Program-made: the position numbers and the translations under genes
DNA from: Azolla caroliniana
Lineage: Eukaryota > Plantae > Polypodiophyta
Direction: 5' to 3'
Length of the DNA: 64,000 nt
Assembly (NCBI GenBank): GCA_043228905.1
Contig: JBHGNT010000014.1
Span: 2,046,001 to 2,110,000 of the forward strand
Shown: piece by piece, positions 12,186 through 26,500 of the stretch
Numbering within the stretch: the stretch's first letter is position 1
Layout: each line of letters opens with the position of its first letter
Notes under the pieces: generated by a model
Database searches by the model: none
What the model was told of the DNA's origin: nothing
The model's input: the letters and a program-made list of their open reading frames with translations, nothing else

Positions 12186-12660
12186 TGTTGCGAAAATACG
12201 ACAAAGATACGTGAACTGGAGGCAGGACCCCAGGGCCTTCGACCAAAGGATACCAAATTCGTGTGTTTAAGTCTTATGAATTAACTAAAATGAGAAAGTT
12301 TGGTAATTTTCATTAACAAAGAAAAGAAAAATTACAATCTATCCCAAGATTGGGATTACAGAACTTTTTGGCTTACGGAGATTAACATATTAACATATTA
12401 GGGTTTTGTGGCCCTCTTTTAGAAATTCGGGTTAGATTTTATGAGATATGGCTTAGAGAAGAAAAAATTAGGGTTAGGGTTTTTTATTGATAGCTTAGAT
12501 AAGAAAATTTAGGGTTTTTGAGATATGGCGTAGATACGGAAAATTAGGGTTAGGGTTCTCTCGAGTGATCGAATTTTCCTTCCCCTTCCCCAAGATTCTT
12601 CCTAAAATTTATTGCTCTCCCCTTTAATTGCATGTTACCCCTCGATGATATCTGCACTTG
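12186..12660. mobile_element. Truncated LTR-like insertion with telomere-like motifs
   Basis: Begins TGTTGCG exactly where the protease breaks off. AT-rich, with TTAGGGTTAGGGTT motifs. Right end lost. Confidence 0.5.
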
Positions 12661-15303
12661 AATGAAGGAACTCGACATGGAAGGACGAGAGGGCAGCGGA
12701 AGCCAACATCGACATGGAGGAACTCGACATGAAGGACGAGAGGGCAGCGGAAGCCAACGTCAACATGGAGGAACTGACGGGTCATGACATCGAGGGAGCT
12801 AAGAAGGGCCGTACGACCAGAAAAGTTGACCGAAAGGGTCGAAATGTGCAGAACCGGAGAGGTCGAAAAGTGAAGGACCAGAGGCATCAAGGAACCCAAA
12901 ACCGAACCGGATGAGGAGCATGAGCAAGGCGTGGAGACACTAGGAAGAGTCGGATACTGACTCAAGGAGAACTTCAAGTTGAGCTTGAGGGGGAGTGTTG
13001 AGCGAGCAAGCTCAACTTGAGCTGGATTGGCTGAAGAAGTCGGGAGCCGGATCGGTGGGAGCCGGAAGGCCATTGGAGAGATATTCCACGAAGGAATATA
13101 TTTGGGAGTTCGTGTAGGGGCTCATTTATGAGCATTCAAGTACTGACTATACTTCTGTCAGTCCTTTTAAGGACTTGTATAAAAAGTGATATGATGTACA
13201 TTTGTATGTATAGAGTTTTGATAGAGTTTTTGAAATTGAGTTTATGTTCTCTCTCTTTGTCTCTCCCTCATACTGTGTATTCTCAAGCTTCCATTAAACC
13301 ATTGTTTCTATTTTTCTGTTGCTATCCGGCTGAGCCGGTTGTGTCTACATTTCCGCACATAACTTTTACAAAAACAAATGGCATCCCATATAGTTAGCAA
13401 GTCTGAGAAAAACCATATCAAATAGTACAAGATAATCATCAAACGAGTTATTGCCTTAAATTCAATCCAAATTATCATCTCTTTGATGAATTATAGAGAA
13501 CTACAAAACCACTAGACAAAGGGTTATGGAAAAAGTGTTGCAATATCGAACTTGGTCCCCCATTTCTTTGGTTTCACGAACGCTTATGACCATGCTGAAC
13601 GCTTCAAGCAAATAAGTCGTCGAGCCTATGAGCCAAAAGAACCAACTTTCCTCATTGAAACAAGAAACAAGAAATGACACCCGATCAACCAACTCTTATC
13701 ACTAAAACAAGACACAAAAGAAATACTTAGACATTAGATCTGCCAAACCAAAAGTTTGCATAGTTGATGCCACATTGGCGAGGAGATATCCAACAAAAAA
13801 CTCATGAGTCAGTTCATCAATGAGCTTTATAAGCCACCTCTGCAAAACTTCTTAATCACCTGAATGTGTTGATCATTCATCGAAGCATGTTTGGTAGTAA
13901 TGATGTTGAAAGATTTCATGATTGTCTTACAAGTACCAACTCAAGCCCTACTAACAAATGTGGAAGTCCACTTAAACCCACACAACACCCAACACTAAGA
14001 CTTCCCAAAGTGGAAAGGCCCTAAGCCTATGTAACAAGATCAAACATTTGTTGTCCAACATGTCATGGATATCATATGTGACATGAATGGTCACTATTAC
14101 ACCAAAGGCAACCCCAATATTGCAAATGGAGGCCTTTGTGATGCACTCGCAAGAGAACTATTGGAAAGCACCCAACGGGAGGTTTGGACAAGGATCTATA
14201 ATCGAACATTTGAAGTCACCCCCAAGGCCAAACCATCCATCCTACCACAAAAACCATTGCGCCCTCAAATTGGAACTTGATTTGGTGGAGCTCAAACACG
14301 ACAAAGATGAACGAACCTAGGTTGGGGAGAGTATGTTCCATAGAACAACTATGAGAGCCAATACCAATACAAAGATGATAAGGTTGATGAAGAAGTCCTA
14401 TCTCATTTCATCGATTACAAAGACGACCAAATCCCGATCTATGACTTACAAGGCGGGCAATGAGGCCCTTTGATGGGACACAAAGGAGGCCCAAGACAAC
14501 ATGATCATTGCCAAGGTTCACTCATGATCAGTGAGTGCCCAAATAAACAAGAGTATTGCAACTGTGTGGCACAACGGCGAAGATACAACCAAAATTAAGC
14601 ACCTTTACTTGCAGGCCCGTAATCTCTTTCGACAAACAAACACAAGAGTTTATCACTTAGTTCCAATGAGAAGCTCCACACTTGTGACATGGGCAAGAAC
14701 ATTTAGTGCCTGAGTGCCCCAAGAAAAAGCAAAGAATTGGTAAAAATGTATTATCGATCATTCCATCAACAACTGGATCCAATAGGATCACACATGCTCA
14801 AAGGAAAGGCCACAACCTAAAACACCAAGAACATGGGATGCAAGCTACCCAACATAGGAAGACAAAACCGAACAAAACGAAATCAACCAAATCTTAACAA
14901 TCGGCCTCTCCTCCTATACCATTCAACTCTAAAAAGATGATAATACAACGGAGATGCCTACCAAGGACCCCACTAACGGACTGCCTACACATATCACCGT
15001 TTACCCAAACCCCATTGAAGGAATAGGAAGAGGAACAACCACCATGTAGCCTATGGAGTTGGAACTTTAGCCAACTCAACAACTACATCAATATTCCTCG
15101 CCACTAGAACGAGGCTCCCCTTGAGCAACACACCTCCACCACGAAGACCAAAACTTAAATAAAGAAGTCATTGTGGTGTGCTTGCAACAAATATTGGCAC
15201 TCAAGGTGCAACTCACATTACAAGAAGTGTATAACTCAATGGGTGCCCTCACAAGAATCCACTCAAGTTCTAACCACATCTTATCTAAAAATGTCGACCT
15301 CGC

Positions 15304-15930
15304 GCTCTGATACCATGTAAAGATTCCGTGCGGAAGCGACAAATAGAACACGATCGGCTTAGTCGTACAGCAACATAGAAAACAGAGAGAGTATGAAGAT
15401 ACACGGTGAGCGAGAGAGAGACAGAGAGAGCAAAAGACTCAATTCAAAAATAATATACAAGCCCTAACGGTGGGCTGACACAAGTATTGTCAATACTTTA
15501 ATACTCACATTAAGGCATCTAACACTAGTCCTAAAACTATTCATACCTAATAAAGTAGGAGTGTAGGCCTCTAACGGCTTGCCATCTCCCAACCGATCCG
15601 GCTCCTAGCTTTTTCAACCGATTTAGCCCATGTTGAGCTTGCTTCTCAACACTCCCCCTAAAACTCAATTTGAGGTTCCTCCTACCCTGCCAGTTCTTCG
15701 CCTTAGCTCCTCCTGCCAACTCATCTCCTGGCACGCGCTCCTCAACCCGTCCCGTCACGTCCCACGCTCTTTGACCTCTTCGGTCAGTTCTTCTGCTCCT
15801 TAGGCCTTTATTGGCTCCCTCACTATCACGACATTGGTGTCCTTCGACCCGTCGGTTCTTTCGTATCGATGTCGACTTCGGCTACCCTCTCATCCGCTTG
15901 GCCTTCATGCGATTGGGCTCATCCGAATCA
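15304..15930 (-). mobile_element. Copia lineage-A LTR (15316-15651) flanked by both PPT and PBS
   Basis: On the minus strand: 3' region, then PPT AGGGGGAG, then TGTTGAGAAGCAAGCTCAAC...CTTTACA, then TGGTATCAGAGC (15304-15315). Confidence 0.85.
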
Positions 15931-15944
15931 TACCACTCGACAGA

Positions 15945-17566
15945 GTCGGTTTAAACTCACACAACTATGCAGACTAGAAGATCAAAATGGAGGATCTTCT
16001 CATCATCAAAGACTATTTGAGCCCATCAATAGAGAACAAATACCCATGGGGGTATTAGAGTCTGAATGGAAACTCTTGAAAACAAGAAGGCAGTGGCCAC
16101 CATCAGACAATGCGTAGATGTCAGTGTCCTTCAGCATGTGATGAAAGACAAAAATGCTTGCGAGATGTGGTAGAAGTTGTCAGGGCTCTACGAGAGAAAG
16201 AATGCCCTAAACAAGACATCTTTGATGAGGAAGATCGTGAGATTAAAGTACAGGGATGGAGAGGGTATAATCAAGCACATAAACACGTTCATGGGCTATG
16301 TGAACCAACTTGCGGCAGCCAAGTTTTCCCTTGATGACGCTATGCAGGCCCTACTACTGATCTGTACCCTGCCGGACAATTGGGAGAACGTAGTGGTGAC
16401 TCTTAGCACCTTGTGTCAAGAAGAAAACGTGTCTTTACAAGTGGTAAAGACAAGTATCTTGAATGAGGAGATGAGAAGGAAGGACAAAGGTGTCCTGTCC
16501 CAATCGGAGTCAAATGTGGCTCAACATACCAGTAGAGGAAGGAATAGACAAAGAAGTCCACAAAGAAGGGAAAACTCCCATGCCAAATCCAAGTCCAGAG
16601 GTAAGCTAACATGTTTTTATCGTGGAAAACCTGGACACTATCAAAAGTATTGCCGACACCTCAAGAAGGACAAAGGAGTTTGTAATTATGTCAAACCCAG
16701 GAAGATTCCTGATGAAAAGGAACTTCAACCGTCACTACGAGTGAAGAAGAAATTATGTTCATCTGTGAATAGGCAAGTGCAAATCTTGAGTGCACATAGG
16801 TAATTGGCTCTAGTGCATCATTTCATATAACTCCCTCAAGAGAGTGTTTCTCGGCTTACACAACTGGGGATCATGGCTATGTAAAGACGGGAGATAATAG
16901 TGAGTGCAAGATAGCCGACATTGGAAGTGTTAGCATGACGACATCGACAAGTTGTTGACTAACTCTGAAGGAAGTTCGACATGTCCCTGATATTAGACTG
17001 AATCTTATATCAACTAGAAGAATGGATGACGAAGGCTATATTGGTAACTTTCGAAATGGCAAATGGAAGTTTTGTCAGGGAAATCTCATAGTGGCCCGAG
17101 CATAGAAAGAGGGCACATTATATGTGATGCATGCCAAGTTGTGCAAGTCAGAAGTAAATGTGTTAGTCAACTCGAGTGGAGAGTTATGGCATAAGAGACT
17201 AGGCCACATGATTGAAATGGGAATGCATATTCTAGCTGACCAGAAACTTCTCCCATAAGTGGAAGGAGTACACTTGGAGAAGTGTGTTGATTGCCTGGTC
17301 AAAAAGCAGAACAAAGCAGCATTCCACACAAGACCACCAAGGAGAAGAGAAGTTGCACTGGAACTAGTGCACACTAATGTGTGTTATGTAGATGCTCCAT
17401 TGCATCGTGGTGGACAGTACTTCGTAATGTTTATTGACGACTACAGTCAGAAGTTGTGGGCTTTCATACTAAAGTTGAAGGACCAAGTATTGTCATTCTT
17501 TAAGGAGTTCCAGGCTAGAGCAAAAAGAGAGTCGGGTCGGAAGTTGAAGGTTGTCTAGACCGACAA
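15945..17566 (+). pseudogene. Degenerate copia gag-PR-integrase N-terminal fragment
   Basis: LSGLYERKNALNK gag, degenerate zinc knuckle, LEKCVDCL, YFVMFIDD; many stops. Confidence 0.88.
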
Positions 17567-20500
17567 GTCTTACATACTCAATCTTACATATTGGGTCTTA
17601 CATACTGGGTCTTACATACTAGGTCTTACATACCACTCTTTATACAAAGGTTTGAAGTCTAAAGTTTATCTAGGAGAAATATATATGCAAGGGCATAAGG
17701 TTCACATCCGAGTCGATGTTCATGACATTATCCTCCTCGTAAGTGCCGACTTCAAGAAGGTGCGGGTTTGTGAGGATATCGGAGATGAAAATCATGAACC
17801 ACTTCTGGGGCATTTAGTAAATTTCTAGCAGGCTCCCATGTAGCCTCAGAGATGGGATATCCTTTCCACAATACCAGATACTAGAGCTTTCGTCGGCTCT
17901 TGCGCTAGTCCAGAATTGAGGATGGATGATAGAGCCCAAGAAGTGATGCATGGAAGACATTGTGAATTCGGTAGTGTGATGGAAGAGCAAGACGGAAAGC
18001 CACAGTGTTGACTTTATTAATGATGCGGAATGGCCCCAACTTTTTGTAATCAAGTTTGTTGCATGGGCGAGTTGTCGGAATATGCCGACATAATAGCCAT
18101 ACCATGTCACCTATTTTAAAATCAGGCGCAACCCGTCAATGTTGATCAACCTTCTCTTTGTGTCATTCTTGAGCAATTGAGAGTTCTAGGGATAGGTCAT
18201 GATGCACTTCTTTCATCAGACGAGCTCGTTCTTCAGCAGATGGATTCATAGAACCAGCAAGGATAGCTATGCTAAAGCGTGGGTGGAATCCATAATTTGC
18301 GAAGAAGGGTGTTACACTAGTTGATGTGTGGAGAGTATTGTTGTAGGCGAACTCAGCCATTGGAAGAAATTTGATCCAATCATCTTGTTGATAACTTATC
18401 ATACATCGGATATATTGCTCTAGGATCTGATTTACTCGTTTCATTTGGCCATCTATCTCAGGATGGACGGCTGTCGAAAATTTTGTGGAAGTTCCAAGAG
18501 TCTAGAAGAGGCGCTTCCAGAAATGAGACATAAATTGGGGACCACGATCAGAGATAATGTCATCCGGTAAACCATGAAGGCGCACAATATTTGTTAACAA
18601 TAGATCTGTTGTTTCCATCCCTGAAATTGCTTTAGAACATGGAATAAAATGTGCCATCTTTGTGAATCTATCCACTGCCACCAATACTGAATTGAATCCC
18701 TCAATTTTGGGAAAGTCGGTGATAAAATCCGTCGAGATGGAGGCCCATGGCCTACTTGGAATTGGCAAAGGTTGAAGTAGACCGTAGGGATGATGATGTA
18801 CTACTTTGGCGCAGGCACATGTATCACATGTTTTCACAAATTTTTTAACAAATTTCCAAGGTTGTGGCCACCAATAACTTCTAGATATTAACTCCAAAGT
18901 TTTTGCAACGCCAAAATGTCCAACTAGGGCGTCATCATGGCATTCCTTCATGATATGGAGGCGACAAGGACCACCTGGGACATACATTAAGTTGTTTCGA
19001 AAAAGAAAACCATCTCGAAACATAAATTGTTCTTGACTATTCCATACCTCCTTTATGGTTGATTTGTTGGGTCGATTATCCTTAATTTCTTTTGCAAATT
19101 TGTCGGTGGCAATATCTGTGGCTATTGCATTGAGTAATTATTCATCTACACCCATATAAGCCGCAAAGAGCTGAATCTAATGTGGTTCTAGGAGACAACG
19201 TGATTGTTGATTGTAGGTCTCATCTCCTGGTCAGATTTCAAATTCCGAACGCTGAGATAGGGCATCGGCTTTACCATGTTGGGCACCAGGACGAAAAACA
19301 ATTTCAAAGTCATAGTCAGCTAGGAAGGTCGACCATCGTGCTTGCCTCCGGTTCAAAATGCGAGTAGTGGTGAAGTAGACGAGGTTCTTGTGATCGGTCA
19401 CCACTTGGACACGGTGTTGGGCGCCTGCTAAGTAAGGACGCCATTCTTCAAAGGCTGCAATAATAGCATAGAGTTCTTTGTCATAAACTAGGTAGTTGAT
19501 CTCGGGAGGTGTGAACTTCCGAGAATAAAAGGCAACAGGATGAAGAATCCCATTGTTATCTGATTGAGAGAGAATGGCACTGATGGCGAAGTCAGAGGCA
19601 TCTGTTTCGATCGTAAATGGTTTGGTCAGATCTAGGTGTAGAAGTACTGAAGCTGAGGTAAAAGCTTTTTTTAGTGTCTCGAATGCTAGTTGGGTTGTGG
19701 GAGTCCAACAAAAAGGGGAATCCTTCCGAGTGAGTGCTATAAGTGGTTGCGCCAATGTAGAGAATCCTTGAATGAATCGACGACAAAAGTTGGCAAAACC
19801 CAAAAATGATTGCACATCCTTGACCCTGGTGGGTACTTCCCACCGTTGAACCGTTTCGACTTTCTTCTCGTCCACAGTGATACCATCAGATGAAATGACA
19901 TACCCGAGCAATTCAACTAAGGTTCAATCAAACTCACACTTTTCGGGTTTCACAAAAAGTCCATGTTCCCGAAGTTTGGTCAAGATAAGTCGAACATTCT
20001 TGGTGTGCTCTATGTAGTCCTGTGAGAAGATAAGTATGTCGTCGAGATAGATGACCACAAATTGGTCTAGATATTCTCGGAAGATGTCATTCATCATATG
20101 CTGGAAAACGACAGGAGCATTTGTGAGACCAAATGGCATTACCATGTATTCTGATACGAATACACGCTCCCTTTGAACAACGCTCGGCCACAACCGAGCC
20201 TAGAATCATACACAGAAAACGGGTAATGAATGCACGACACAATGAAGAGAAGAGTACACAGGATGTTTACGTGGAAAACCCAAAGTAGGGAAAAACCATG
20301 GCAGCCCACAGGCTGCAAACTATCACTATGTTACAATGTACAACAGTAAAGCATCGAGGCAACAACCTCAAGCTTTCTATCTTTGCCACAGGCGGCAGTT
20401 ACAACAGAGGCAACGACCTCTTGCTCTCTCTCTCTCTCTGTACACAGCTATGCTCTCAAATCTTGCACCAACAAGAAATGACCACGCATTACCCACATAA

Positions 20501-23500
20501 AGTTTTCCCTAAGTCATATTTATACTAATATAACTTTTCGTCTATTTACAAATATAGCCCCGATGGACTCTCAGAAACATATTTACGAATATATCCCTTC
20601 ATCCGGTGAGCACTCCTCACCGGGCCTGCATCATCCGGCGCTTGCCGGGCACATGTCATCCGGTTCTCACCGGGTCTTCCGTTGCCGTGTACTCCACATC
20701 CGGTTCTCATCGGGTCTTCCATAGCCGAGTTGCCGTCATCCGGTTCTCACCGGGTCTTCCGTAGTCGGGTACTGTCATCCGGTTCTCACCGGCTCTTCCG
20801 TAGCCAGGTATTCCTCATCCGGTTCTCACCGGCTCTTCCGTAGCCGGGTACTCCTCATCCGGTTCTCACCGGGTCTTCCGTAGCTGGGTATTCCTCATCC
20901 GGTTCTCACCGGGTCTTCCGTAGCCGGGTACTCCTCATCCGGCTCTCACCGGGTCATCCCATCTGGAGGGACCTGTTTCCTAACAAACTCCCCCTTCAAT
21001 CCGGCATGGGATGTCTTAGTAGTCCGACCCGCTTCCGACATGCATCCAGCTTGTCAGGTGTCAGTACTTTGGTCAGCATATCTGACCCGTTCTCGGCCGT
21101 GTGGATCTTCGTCAGCGCGAACTCCTGGTCATCCACTCTTTCCTAGATCCAGTGATACCTACGTTGGATGTGCTTCGTCCTGGAATGGTACGCTGCGTTC
21201 TTAGCAAGGTGGATGGCACTTTGACTGTCGCAATAGAGCCGGTATTCATCTTGCCAAATACCGAGCTCTCCGATGAAGTCCTTCATCCATAATATTTCCT
21301 TGCCGGCTTCCACAACTGCCATGTACTCCGCCTCCGTGGTTGACAACGCAACCGTCTTCTACAGCCTTGACTGCCATGAAACAACTCCCCTTGCGTATGT
21401 CATTACATACCCAGATGTAGACCAGCTAGTATCCACATCAGCCGACATGTCTGAATCGGTAAAACCGTCAAGTTGAGGTTTACCGGAGCCGAATCGGAGA
21501 CACATGTTCGAAGCGCCCTTCAAGTACTGGAGTATCCATTTGACCACGTTCCAGTGCTCCTTGCCGGGATTGCTCATAAACCGGCTCACCACTCTGACTG
21601 CGTATCCTATATCCGGTCGGGTACACACCATTGCGTACTTTAAGCTCCCGACAGCAGAGGCGTATGGAAACTTCATCATATCAGCCTTCTCTGTTTTCGC
21701 CTTCGGGCTTTGCTTACCGGATAATCTGCAATTTTCCGGGAGTGTCGATCCGACCGGTTTCGCTTCTAACATGTTGAACCGTTGAAGCACCTTTGTCACG
21801 TATTTCTCCTGTGACAGCCACAACTGCTTCGTTGGCCGGATGATATGCATCCCCAACATTTGTCTTGCCGGACCCAAGTCTTTTCATCTTTTAGCTTCCT
21901 CGAAGCTTTTTGGCTCCCCCTCATCAGTCAGCAGCACATGCTCTGCATCCGGAAATCTCTGGGGGGGCCTTCTCTCTCTGAGAGGATATCTCCGTCTTTG
22001 GGCTTCGGTAACCGGCTTCTCCATTTGCTCTTCATCCGAATCCGATTCGGGGTCTTGGCTGGTTCCGGTTTCAACTTCCTTTACTTCTTCTTCAGCCGGT
22101 TTGGTATCCTCACCGTAACCAACTGGTTCCTCGAGTGCTAACCGGTCTCTTGTCGGTTGGGTCTGCTCATCGTAGAATCGATCCTTACCGGTCAACTCGG
22201 AGTTCATTATCTTCTTCTCCGACTGCTAGTCGGCGAGTGTCTTGTCCTCCATGAAAATAATATCTCGACTCCGGAATACCTTCTTGTCGACCAGGTACCA
22301 CACTCGGTAACCGAACTCATCGTCGCCGTAATCGAGGAATATGCATGGCCGGTTCTTTGGATCTAAATTTCCTCTCCGGTCCTTAACTACATGCACGTAC
22401 GCGAGACACCTGAACACCTTCAGATGTCGATAGGACACTTCCTTACCGGTCCATACTCTCTGCGGCGTGTCTCCATCCAAGGGTACTGAGGGTGATCTGT
22501 TTATCACATACGTCGCTGTCGACAGCACCTCAGCCCAAAATGTCTTGGGTAATTTTGCATGCGCCAGCATACTCCAAACCCTCTCCATTATGGTCCGGTT
22601 CATCCTCTCGACCAGCCCGTTCAGTCCCGGCGTCTTCGGCATGGTAAATTCGAGCCGGATTCCCTTCAAGCGGTAGTACTCCTCGAACTGCCCCCGGTAT
22701 TCTCCTCCATTATCTGCTCGAACCGCCTTCAGCTTCCGACCGGTTTCTCTTTCCACTCTCGGGTGGAGCTCTTTGAAGATGGATAGCACCTGATCCTTCG
22801 TCTTCAACGATGTGGCCCACAGCTTCCGGCTGTGGTCATCTATGAACGTCACGAAGTACTGCGATCCTGCATGTGACTTCGTGTCCACTTGACACACATC
22901 AATATGCACCAACTCCAGTGGTGCATTACGTCTTATCGGTGGCCTTGGTCGGAAGGAGGTCCGGTTTTGCTTACCGGCCAGACAATCAGTGCACTTCTCC
23001 AAGTGCACGTTCTTCACTGGAATGAGGTTGTCTTCTGCAAGCCTCTTCATCCCCTTCTAGCTCATGTGACACAGCCTCTTGTGCCACAGCTCACCGGCAG
23101 TGTCGGAAGCCATGTTCACTTCTTCTGGGCATAACTGGGCATTCATCAGGTACAACATGTTTACCTTCCATGCCCGAGCCACAATCAGGCTCCCCTTGCT
23201 GAACTTCATAACACCGTTCCGAATGCTACCCGTGTACGTGTCGAACATCCTTCAGCAGTAGCTTGCATCCGGTTGGTGTTGTCAACCACACGTCTCCTAT
23301 GCCGACAATTCGGCATGTACCTTCATTCCCCATCCGGACACAGCCGTGATCATCGGCTGAGTAGGATGAGAAGCATTTCCGGTTCGGGGTAAGGTGGAAC
23401 GACGCTCCGGAGTCGACCACCCAGGTCATCTCATCGCCGGCAAGGTTTTAACTCTTCTTCACTTGTCGCGATTTCCGTCGTTCCCTTCTGGTCCGGCCCC

Positions 23501-26500
23501 CTCCGGTCTTTACCGTTACGGTCCGGTGTCCGCTTCGAATCGGTACCGTCGGTTTCCTTGTCTTTTCTGAAGTGCCGATAATTTTTCTGGAAGTTTCCCG
23601 GCTTGCCACAATAGAAGCAAGTAGGCCTCCCCCTTGACTTTGACCGTGTCCCCAACTTTTCCCGGTTCTGGGGGCTACAGTTCCTTTGACTTTCGCATTC
23701 CGATTCGGTAAGGAGCGCTTTGGAGTCGGAGCTCGTATCCTTATCTTTCCGACGCGCCTCTTCATCTAGCAAGCTCGACTTCACTCTTGCTAGGGATAAC
23801 CGTTTCCCTTCCGGCCCGGCGTTGCCCAAAGTTACAACCAACGTCTCCCAGCTATCTGGGAGGGAACCGTGCAGGAGTAGTGCTAGTACCTCATCGGCGA
23901 GAGGTACTTCCAATGATGTTGCCTGGTGAATCAGCCCCTGGAAGGCATTCATGTGATCCGCCATGCTGGAGCCATCTTGGTACCGGAGTCTTACTAGCTT
24001 CCGAAATACCGAAACCTGATTAACAGCATTTTTGTTTTGAAATATAATGTTGATCTTCTCCTAGAGCTCATGAGCCTTGCTCTCTTCATTGAAGTTGTTG
24101 TATAGACTCATGTCGATGAAGCACCGGATGTAAGCCGTTGTCTTCATGAGCATCACCTCCCATATCGTGGCATCGATTTTGTCCGGTCTCTTGTCCCCGA
24201 ACTGAACCGGTAACCAAAGATCTTTAACCACGAGCATGTCCCTCATCTTCGACTTCCACACAGAATAGTTGGAGCCGGTGAGCTTGAACATGCCTCCCAA
24301 CGATTCGTCCATTTTTTGTGTCATTTCGCTCTGATACCACTTTGACAGGAATACACGCTCCCTTTGAACAACGCTCGGCCACAACCGAGCCTAGAATCAT
24401 ACACAAAAAACGGGTAATGAATGCACGACACAATGAAGAGAAGAGTACACAAGATGTTTACGTGGAAAACCCAAACTAGGGAAAAACAACGGCAGCCCAT
24501 AGGCTGCAAACTATCACTATGTTACAATGTACAATAGTAAAGCACTGAGGCAACAACCTCGAGCTTTCTATCTTCGCCACAGGCGGTGGTTACAACAGAG
24601 GCAACGACCTCTTGCTCTCTCTCTCTCTCTCTGTACACAACTACGCTCTCAAATCTTGCACCAACAAGAAATGACCACGCATTACCCACATAAAGTTTGC
24701 CCTAAGTCATATTTATACTAATATGACTTTTCGGCTATTTACAAATATAGCCCCAATGGACTCTCAGAAACATATTTACGAATATGTCCCTTCATCCGGT
24801 GAGCACTCCTCACCGGGCCTGCATCATCCGGCGCTTGCCGGGCACATGTCATCCGGTTCTCACCAGGTCTTCCGTTGCTAGGTACTCCACATCTGGTTCT
24901 CATCGGGTCTTCCAATGTCGGGTTGCCATCATCCGGTTCTCACCGAGTCTTCCATAGCCGGGCATTCCTCATCCGGTTCTCACCGGCTCTTCCGTAGCCT
25001 TGTACTCCTCATCCGGTTCTCACCGGCTCTTCCATAGCTGGGTATTCCTCATCCGGTTCTCACCGGGTCTTCCGTAGCCGGGTACTCCTCATCTGGCTCT
25101 CATCGGGTCATCCCATCCGGAGGGACCTGTTTCCTAACATATTCAAAATGCCCATACCTAGTTCGAAATGTTGTTTTCCACTCATCTCCAAGCTTGATAC
25201 GCACCAAGTTGTAGGCGCCTCTGAGATTGATTTTGGAGAATATACGCCCAGCCCGAAGTCGGTCGAGGAGTTCGGGGATTAGAGGAAGTGGATAGTTGTT
25301 TCGAACCATGACTCGATTGAGCTCGCGATAGTCGATACATAGGCGCAACGTTCCATCTTTCTTTTTGACAAATAGAATAGGAGAGCCAGCTGGAGATTTT
25401 GAGTGGCGAATGAAGCCCTTTGCGAGATTCTCTTCAATGTATATTTTAAGGGTCTTGAGTTCAGGTTCAGATAACCCATAGATAGGGCCAAATGGAGGAC
25501 AAGCACCATCTTTCAAGTCAATTGGACAATCGTATGGGTGATGTTCGGGCAGGCGATCAACATTTTTCTTTTCAAATACATCAGAGAATTAGAAATACAT
25601 AGGGTAGTATCTGGAGTGGACATGACCGCCATGTCCTTAGAATTAGAAATGGATGCAATCAGCATTGTATCGCTTACCCGAGCAAGAGTTGGAACTGTTT
25701 CCGAGGTTGACACGGGACTAACTAGCGATGTTGTTTCTATTGGAGCAACCGTTGACATGGTTCTCGTTGAAGAGAAAATGGGAGCGATTGATAACCTGGT
25801 CCTCATCGGAGCAGAAATGGGAGTTGCCCCTGAAACATGGGTGGGAGCGACCGTTGACGCAGCCCTCACTAGAGCAGAAACTAGAATCGGAGCAACCATT
25901 GAGATGGTCCTCACTGGAGTAGGCGGCCAAACAAATGGCAGAGCATTGGCTCGAAGAAGGGTGGACGTAATACCTTGTGAGTGAAAATTCGAGGTGAAAT
26001 TGATGGAGCGAGATCGCCAATCCACAACTAGATTGTGAGTTTCGATCCATGATAACCCCAAGATGATAGGATGTCGAGGTGATGTGATTAGGTTAAAAGT
26101 GATTTCTTCCTGGTGGGCTCCTATGTGGATACCCAAGGGAATTGTTGTATTTGTGATGGCACCAAAAGAGAGCGTTCGACCATCGATCACTTCAACTAGA
26201 ATCGGGACGGTTAATTCGTTGCTTGTAATGTTGTTTTTCCATGCAAACATGATGTCAATAAAGCACGACGTAGCCCCAGAATCCAACAAAGCTTTTGTCT
26301 TCAGAGTGGTAGAGCCAAATTGAAGAGTGATCGGAATCATGAAACTTGTTGTCGAGGAAGTCGGTTGATTGGGCCCTTGACATAATAAAGTACTCTTGTG
26401 GTCCAGATGCATAGCCCCTACTGCAACTGGACATTGGATTTTTCTTGTTGGCCGAAAATGTCAACCCCATCCACACGATGTGGTGTTTGACGGGGTCCCT

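Larger units (their letters stand above)
10005..13370 (+). mobile_element. Internally deleted Ty1/copia element (lineage A-related; gag-PR only)
   Basis: TSD AAAAC at 10000-10004 and 13371-13375. LTRs 10005-10980 (containing a nested solo LTR) and 12996-13370. PBS TGGCATCAGAG at 10981. Degenerate gag with zinc knuckle; protease WYLDSRASNHM. PPT TTGAGGGGGAG before 12996. INT, RT and RH are absent. Confidence 0.9.

Noticed and set aside
13376-15290. Short ORFs as host genes
   Set aside because: No splice-consistent model or motif; more likely decayed retroelement interior.
20650-20960. Regularly spaced ~40-bp repeats resembling a CRISPR array
   Set aside because: Units are whole tandem copies without unique spacers, lie inside LTRs, and there are no cas genes; the context is eukaryotic.
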